This document shows positions 15,627-20,000 of a stretch of 20,000 bases of DNA, in pieces. Source of the DNA: Candidatus Parvarchaeota archaeon. Lineage in GTDB: Archaea > Nanobdellota > Nanobdellia > WJKC01. The stretch's first letter is position 1; each line of letters starts with the position of its first letter. Made by a program: the position numbers and the translations under genes. Location: NCBI GenBank assembly GCA_030615175.1, contig JAUWZX010000001.1, positions 706,885 to 726,884 on the forward strand, given 5' to 3'. Under the pieces are notes generated by a model. That model ran no database searches. It worked only from the letters and a program-made list of their open reading frames with translations, and had not been told where the DNA came from.

Positions 15627-17194
15627 AGTTAAAAGAAACTCCTAAGAGTCATATAAAAAATCATGAACTTACAGAATATGCTGAAAATTTAACTAATATT
15701 TATTTAGGTTTAACGGATTCAAATCATCGCAAAAAAAATGAGCAATTTTTTACACCAAAAGAAGTAGCTATGTTAATGGTTCGCCAGTTCGACAATTTAA
15801 GTAAAAAATCAAAAATTAAAATATTAGACCCTGGGGCCGGAATAGGTATTTTCGAGAGTACAATATGTGAATTCTTATTATCTAAAAACATAAAATCGGA
15901 AATATTATTCGAAATATATGAAAAAGATGATAAAATACTGCCCTTTCTCAAAAAAAATTTAGAACATTGTAAAAGATTAATGTCTAAAAAAAATACAAGA
16001 ATAAGTTACAATATAAATAATTCTGATTTCATTTTAGAAAACTCTTTTATCCTGAAAGAAAATAAAAAATTGGATTTAAAATATTGTTTTGATTTTATAA
16101 TTTGCAATCCTCCTTATCAAAAAACAAATGAATATTTGAAGAGTAATAAAAATTTAAAAGAGATAGTAAAAAACCAGCCTAATATGTATACGTTGTTTAT
16201 GACCTTAGCCTCTAAATTATTGAAAGCAGGAGGAGAATTGACTTTTATAACACCAAGAAGTTATTGCTCTGGTTTATATTTTAAGCATTTCAGAAAATCA
16301 TTCTTAAATGAAATTAAACCAACTAGAATACATATCTTCAATTCGAGAAATAAGGTATTCAAAAAATACAATGTATTACAAGAAATAATAATTTTGACTG
16401 GTTTAAAGACAAAAAAGTCACCCAAAAAAGTTATAATAAGTAAGAGCGAAGGCATACCTCATAAAATAAAAAAATTAGAAAAAAGAAAAACGATTTTTGA
16501 AAATGTAATTGTTAAAAAAGGAGATGGGGTCATCATAAAAGTACCTCTTTCTGATTTTGAAGAAAAATTAACTAACAAATTAAATACTTTAAAATTTAAA
16601 ATGCCTGAATTAGGAATAAAAGTTTCAACTGGGCGTGTTGTTCCTTTTAGATCAAAAAAGTTTATAATAAAACATTTCAAAAAACATCAAAAACATTATC
16701 CTTTGATTTGGATGCAAAATATCCAAAATGAAAAAGTTAAGTGGCCTTTAAATAATAAAAAACCCATAGCAATTAAAAAAGAGGATGGCTGTGCTAATCT
16801 TTTAGTACCTAATCAAAATTATGTGTTAGTGAAAAGATTTAGTGCTAAAGAAGGGGAAAGAAGAATTTGTGCCGGAGTTTTATTAAATTCCATGACTAAT
16901 TATGAATATATTGGAATTGAAAATCATGTAAATTATATTCATAAAATCAATGGAAATTTAACGGTTCAGGAAACTTATGGGATAACTGCATTGCTGAATT
17001 CAAAAATTTACAATATTTATTTTCAAACAGGTAATGGTAGTACACAAGTAAATGCATATGAATTGGAAACGCTGCCACTACCATCACTTAAAAAAATTAG
17101 AAAGATAGGAAGATTAGTTATGAAAAATAAAAAAGCAAATATTGACAAGATACTCGCTAACAAATTAAATTTGCCTTATAATTCTAACTTTTAA
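15623..17194 (+). CDS. N6-adenine DNA methyltransferase, gamma class (Eco57I-domain, BsuBI/PstI-like)
   Basis: QFFTP, motif I ILDPGAGIG, motif IV IICNPPY, PNMYTLF, FITPRSYCSGLYF, VSTGRVVPFR, ENHVNYIH and GSTQVNAYEL..LPLP. Confidence 0.92.
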   Translation: MKLKETPKSHIKNHELTEYAENLTNIYLGLTDSNHRKKNEQFFTPKEVAMLMVRQFDNLSKKSKIKILDPGAGIGIFESTICEFLLSKNIKSEILFEIYEKDDKILPFLKKNLEHCKRLMSKKNTRISYNINNSDFILENSFILKENKKLDLKYCFDFIICNPPYQKTNEYLKSNKNLKEIVKNQPNMYTLFMTLASKLLKAGGELTFITPRSYCSGLYFKHFRKSFLNEIKPTRIHIFNSRNKVFKKYNVLQEIIILTGLKTKKSPKKVIISKSEGIPHKIKKLEKRKTIFENVIVKKGDGVIIKVPLSDFEEKLTNKLNTLKFKMPELGIKVSTGRVVPFRSKKFIIKHFKKHQKHYPLIWMQNIQNEKVKWPLNNKKPIAIKKEDGCANLLVPNQNYVLVKRFSAKEGERRICAGVLLNSMTNYEYIGIENHVNYIHKINGNLTVQETYGITALLNSKIYNIYFQTGNGSTQVNAYELETLPLPSLKKIRKIGRLVMKNKKANIDKILANKLNLPYNSNF

Positions 17195-17207
17195 TAAGAA
17201 TTGTTTT

Positions 17208-17747
17208 TCAAATGTTTTTCGTACCTCTTATTCTATCCATTCCTTTATTAATTTTTAATAAATTTTTCCATTCAGATAATCTTTCGGATTTCCAACGATT
17301 ACATTGTGGGCTCGTGGAATATGCACTTTCTATTCTTAATTCAAGTTCTTCAAGTTTACTATAATATTTCTTCCATTTTTTCTTTATTGTCCTGCCACCA
17401 TTTAAAAAAATTAACTTTAGATTGGGTGTTGCTTCTTTTAATTTTGAAAAATCATTTGATTTCTCATTACGTATTTTTTTATCAGTGCTTCCGTCTCTTT
17501 CGCAGGAATAAAAAAGATCCCATAATCCAATTTTATTTTTAAAAAGCATTTCTTTTCTCTCTTCATAGGATAAAGAAGTAGTAAAGTCTTCATTTAATAC
17601 TTGAAACATTATCTTCCAAAATTGGTTTTTTTCATTTGCATAATATTTACCTTTCTTCAGTGATTCCTCTCCTGGAAACGACCCTAATATTAAAGTCTCT
17701 GTTTTATTGTTATAAATTGGACCTAACCCTTTTTTAATCATTATCAT
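17208..17747 (-). CDS. Uracil-DNA glycosylase superfamily, family 6 (hypoxanthine-DNA glycosylase-like)
   Basis: LILGSFPGEESL...YYAN..NQFW, IGLWD, SCER.GS.D..I, IFLNG and STSP. Confidence 0.88.
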   Translation of the reverse strand: MIMIKKGLGPIYNNKTETLILGSFPGEESLKKGKYYANEKNQFWKIMFQVLNEDFTTSLSYEERKEMLFKNKIGLWDLFYSCERDGSTDKKIRNEKSNDFSKLKEATPNLKLIFLNGGRTIKKKWKKYYSKLEELELRIESAYSTSPQCNRWKSERLSEWKNLLKINKGMDRIRGTKNI

Positions 17748-17823
17748 TAAACGATTGCTGTTTTTATTTAAATAATTTCTTGTAGTGACTAATAAATACT
17801 TCAGAATCGTTATTTGGTTTTAT

Positions 17824-18489
17824 TTAGCCATTCTTTTTCTTCTTGGCTTTCTTTTCCTCTTTTTCTCTCCTTTCTTTATCTCGAATTGGTAAAGTTATAT
17901 TTACATAATTAAATTCGTCTATGGCCTTAGGTAGTGTTTTATTATTATCTCTATAACTCATAGTTTCATATATTTCTTGCATATTTCTAAGAAATTGAGT
18001 ATACCCCTCTGCATCTCTTTTGTACTTTTTAAGCCCCCAATACCCATTCCTTACAATTTTAAGATTTTTATAATACCTTTTAGATTTTTGGCCACTAATG
18101 TATGAATCCCACATCACAAATACAGATGGGTTTTTTAAATGCATAATTTTTGAAGCACCAGTATAACCAACTCCCTCAATTGCAGATAAAGTATTAAATA
18201 TCATCTTTATTTCTTCTCTATAAGCATCAAAATTAATTGTTTTAAATTTTTTATTTTTAAATTTTTTAAAATGTTTATCAAGTTTTCCCATCGTTTTTTT
18301 GAAACCATTGATGTCAAATTCTTTCACGTACCTAAAATAACCAATATTCCACGTTGACAAAATAAACAAACAAGCTTCAGTTCCTAATTCTTTATCGATC
18401 ATTTTAAGAAACATAGGATAATAACTTCCTCTGTTTTCAAGTTGATTAAATTTTTTAAATGCCTTTTTAAATTCACCATTAAGAACCAT
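17824..18489 (-). CDS. Putative HhH/OGG-fold DNA glycosylase-like protein
   Basis: LSAIEGVGYTGASKIMHL (HhH-like motif followed by Lys) then P..FVMWD (Asp), plus L.TWN and KAIDEFNY; Lys-rich tail. Confidence 0.55.
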   Translation of the reverse strand: MVLNGEFKKAFKKFNQLENRGSYYPMFLKMIDKELGTEACLFILSTWNIGYFRYVKEFDINGFKKTMGKLDKHFKKFKNKKFKTINFDAYREEIKMIFNTLSAIEGVGYTGASKIMHLKNPSVFVMWDSYISGQKSKRYYKNLKIVRNGYWGLKKYKRDAEGYTQFLRNMQEIYETMSYRDNNKTLPKAIDEFNYVNITLPIRDKERREKEEKKAKKKKNG

Positions 18490-18626
18490 ACATTACTCAA
18501 AGATCTATACATTAATATCTTTTACTTTCTTCTTAAGTTTTCTTCCTCATTTTCATTATCTTTCATAATAATATTTTTGGTTAATTTATAATAACTTTTT
18601 TATAGTTATCTTAAATAGATTTCATT

Positions 18627-19616
18627 ATGACATTTTTATTAAAAGACGATGTTGAATACAAAAGAACTGATTTCAGAAATGAGGATGAACTTGAAAAAGT
18701 TGTTGTTAAGAATTATAAAAGAATTTTTGGAGAAAAAACAGTTTATTTTGACATCAAGAAGAAAGTTAAATCAAAAAAGGGAAACATAAATAGTATCCCT
18801 GATGGTTATGTTATTAGTTTCATGGGGCCTAAACCTCGATTATTAGTTATAGAAAATGAGTTATCAATACATGATCCAATCAAGCATATTGGAATTCAAT
18901 TATGGAACTTTGCTAGTTCATTTAAGGATGGTAATAGAACAATTAAGAAATTTTTATTAAACGAAATAAATAATAACAAATCAATTAAGCAAGAGATTAA
19001 TAAATATCTTAAAAAAACCGTATTTCCAAATATTTCTGAACTGTTAGATTTTGTTATTTTTGAAAATGATTATTCCTTTGTTGTTGTAATTGATGATATT
19101 ACTGAAACTTTAAATTTTGCTCTAAAACAATTAGCTAATAAACCAGATATTATTGAATTAAAAAAATATACTTCAACTATTGACGCCTCAAAGATTATTT
19201 ACAGGTATGATAAATTCCAAGGAGAATTGTTAGTATCTATATCAAAGAAGGTTCTTAATGTTTCTGAATTTGATACAATAGTTTGCCCTGCTAATAAACA
19301 AGGATTTAAAGACGTGTTTTTAGGTGAAGATAGATGGTATGCTATTAGAATGTCTCCATCAATAATACCTCAAATTAGATACGTGGCCATGTACGAAACA
19401 GCTCCAGTATCAGCTATAAGATGGATTGGAATCATTAAAGAAATTAAGCCATATAAAGATACAGCTAAATATGAAATAATTTTAATTGATAAAAAGCAAA
19501 TAAAACCGATAAAATTAACTCCGGAAGAAACTAAGAAAGGTTATGCGCCACAAGGCCCAAGATATTCAAAAATGGATTTAATTAAAAAAGCTAAAAAGAT
19601 GAGTGATATATTTTAA
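18627..19616 (+). CDS. PD-(D/E)xK nuclease fused to a C-terminal PUA/EVE-like domain (candidate modification-dependent restriction enzyme)
   Basis: N-terminal EDELE...IPDGY...VIENEL..HD...HI..QL..F (NucS/Mrr-like); separate C-terminal domain DTIVCPA...GF..VFLGEDRWYAIR...YVAMYETAPVSAI...APQGPRY. Confidence 0.7.
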   Translation: MTFLLKDDVEYKRTDFRNEDELEKVVVKNYKRIFGEKTVYFDIKKKVKSKKGNINSIPDGYVISFMGPKPRLLVIENELSIHDPIKHIGIQLWNFASSFKDGNRTIKKFLLNEINNNKSIKQEINKYLKKTVFPNISELLDFVIFENDYSFVVVIDDITETLNFALKQLANKPDIIELKKYTSTIDASKIIYRYDKFQGELLVSISKKVLNVSEFDTIVCPANKQGFKDVFLGEDRWYAIRMSPSIIPQIRYVAMYETAPVSAIRWIGIIKEIKPYKDTAKYEIILIDKKQIKPIKLTPEETKKGYAPQGPRYSKMDLIKKAKKMSDIF

Positions 19617-19621
19617 TTAAT

Positions 19622-19768
19622 TTATTTCTTTTTTAAGTATCCTATCAGCGCTTGTTCTACTTTCCCTGATGTTGCTCTCATACTTCTCGTTTCCTTGAAT
19701 ACTCTTTCTTTGAATTTGTCCCATAATTCTTTATCGATGCTCAAGGTCACTTTCACTTTTTCTGTCAT
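19622..19768 (-). CDS. Ribbon-helix-helix (CopG/Arc-like) regulator, 48 aa, absent from the ORF track
   Basis: Manual translation MTEKVKVTLSIDKELWDKFKERVFKETRSMRATSGKVEQALIGYLKKK: alternating beta-strand KVTLSID, helix, then S..VEQAL..YL. Confidence 0.8.
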   Translation of the reverse strand: MTEKVKVTLSIDKELWDKFKERVFKETRSMRATSGKVEQALIGYLKKK

Positions 19769-19780
19769 TACGGTCTAAGT

Positions 19781-19835
19781 CATACAACCATAATATTTAA
19801 ATATTAGTTTTGCCATATTATACCATATAACCATA
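19781..19835. promoter_or_regulatory. Divergent promoter: palindromic TATA flanked by direct repeats (candidate RHH operators)
   Basis: Perfect 16-bp palindrome TAATATTTAAATATTA (19791-19806); CATACAACCATA (19781-19792) and CATATAACCATA (19824-19835); extra CCATA at 19813. Confidence 0.65.
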
Positions 19836-19847
19836 CAAGGAGATATT

Positions 19848-20000
19848 ATGTATAAAGGTATTAAAATCTTCACTGCTCGCAGGTCATTTTATGAAGGGTC
19901 TAAAGCCATTGATTTCGTCCTTAAACCGCCCGAGAAGATTGAAGAATTCAGCATTGACTACGGAATGACAATCAAGATCAGGGAAGGAAAGAATAAAAAC
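19848..20000 (+). CDS. Hypothetical protein, 3'-truncated by the window edge
   Basis: AAGGAG RBS then ATG19848; MYKGIKIFTARRSFYEGSKAIDFVLKPPEKIEEFSIDYGMTIKIREGKNKN is open to position 20000. Confidence 0.65.
   Translation, partial: MYKGIKIFTARRSFYEGSKAIDFVLKPPEKIEEFSIDYGMTIKIREGKNKN

Larger units (their letters stand above)
11333..19616. other. AT-rich defence-type genomic island
   Basis: Visible switch to A-rich, low-GC coding sequence after idi; all recognisable genes are DNA-modification, base-excision, nuclease or signalling functions. No integrase or att site seen in the window. Confidence 0.65.

Noticed and set aside
11476..17542. Minus-strand ORFs within the kinase, receiver and MTase genes, and 17306..17542(+)
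   Set aside because: F/L/S/I-rich translations are the expected antisense of K/E-rich A-biased genes.
15623..19616. MTase plus the 18627 nuclease as a classical type II R-M pair
   Set aside because: They are separated by two opposite-strand genes, the nuclease does not resemble BsuBI/PstI-type enzymes, and the MTase is coupled to the kinase operon instead. The recognition site cannot be assigned from sequence alone.
1..20000. tRNA, rRNA, integrase, transposase or att sites
   Set aside because: No T-loop/cloverleaf, rRNA-like segment, recombinase motif or long flanking direct repeat was found by eye; a tRNAscan/Infernal run would be needed to exclude them formally.

Overview
Archaeal DNA, probably from a DPANN-like small-genome lineage (inferred from a TFB-like gene, a class III-signal pilin, TTTAAATA-type boxes about 24-30 nt upstream of several start codons, and small Cys-rich lipoproteins). 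The left part (1-11.2 kb) is a mosaic of short, mostly unlinked genes: membrane proteins, a pilin, a gamma-glutamylcyclotransferase, a 12-repeat LRR protein, a TFB paralogue lacking the Zn ribbon, an apparently circularly permuted HAD phosphatase, a YdjM hydrolase plus membrane-anchored ATPase, a DUF4258/DUF2283-like toxin-antitoxin pair, lipoproteins, a CitX-like orphan, an orphan IscU and a type 1 IDI. The right part (11.3-20 kb) is a visibly more AT-rich defence-type island. Its core is a four-gene operon joined by three ATGA overlaps: MORC-like GHKL ATPase/histidine kinase fusion, receiver-domain protein, uncharacterised HxH protein and a BsuBI/PstI-like m6A methyltransferase with no cognate endonuclease. 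It is followed by two putative DNA glycosylases, a PD-(D/E)xK nuclease with a probable modified-base reader domain, and a small RHH regulator with a repeat-flanked bidirectional promoter at the window edge. I saw no rRNA, tRNA, CRISPR array, integrase or transposase. All family assignments come from motif recognition by eye, not from database searches.
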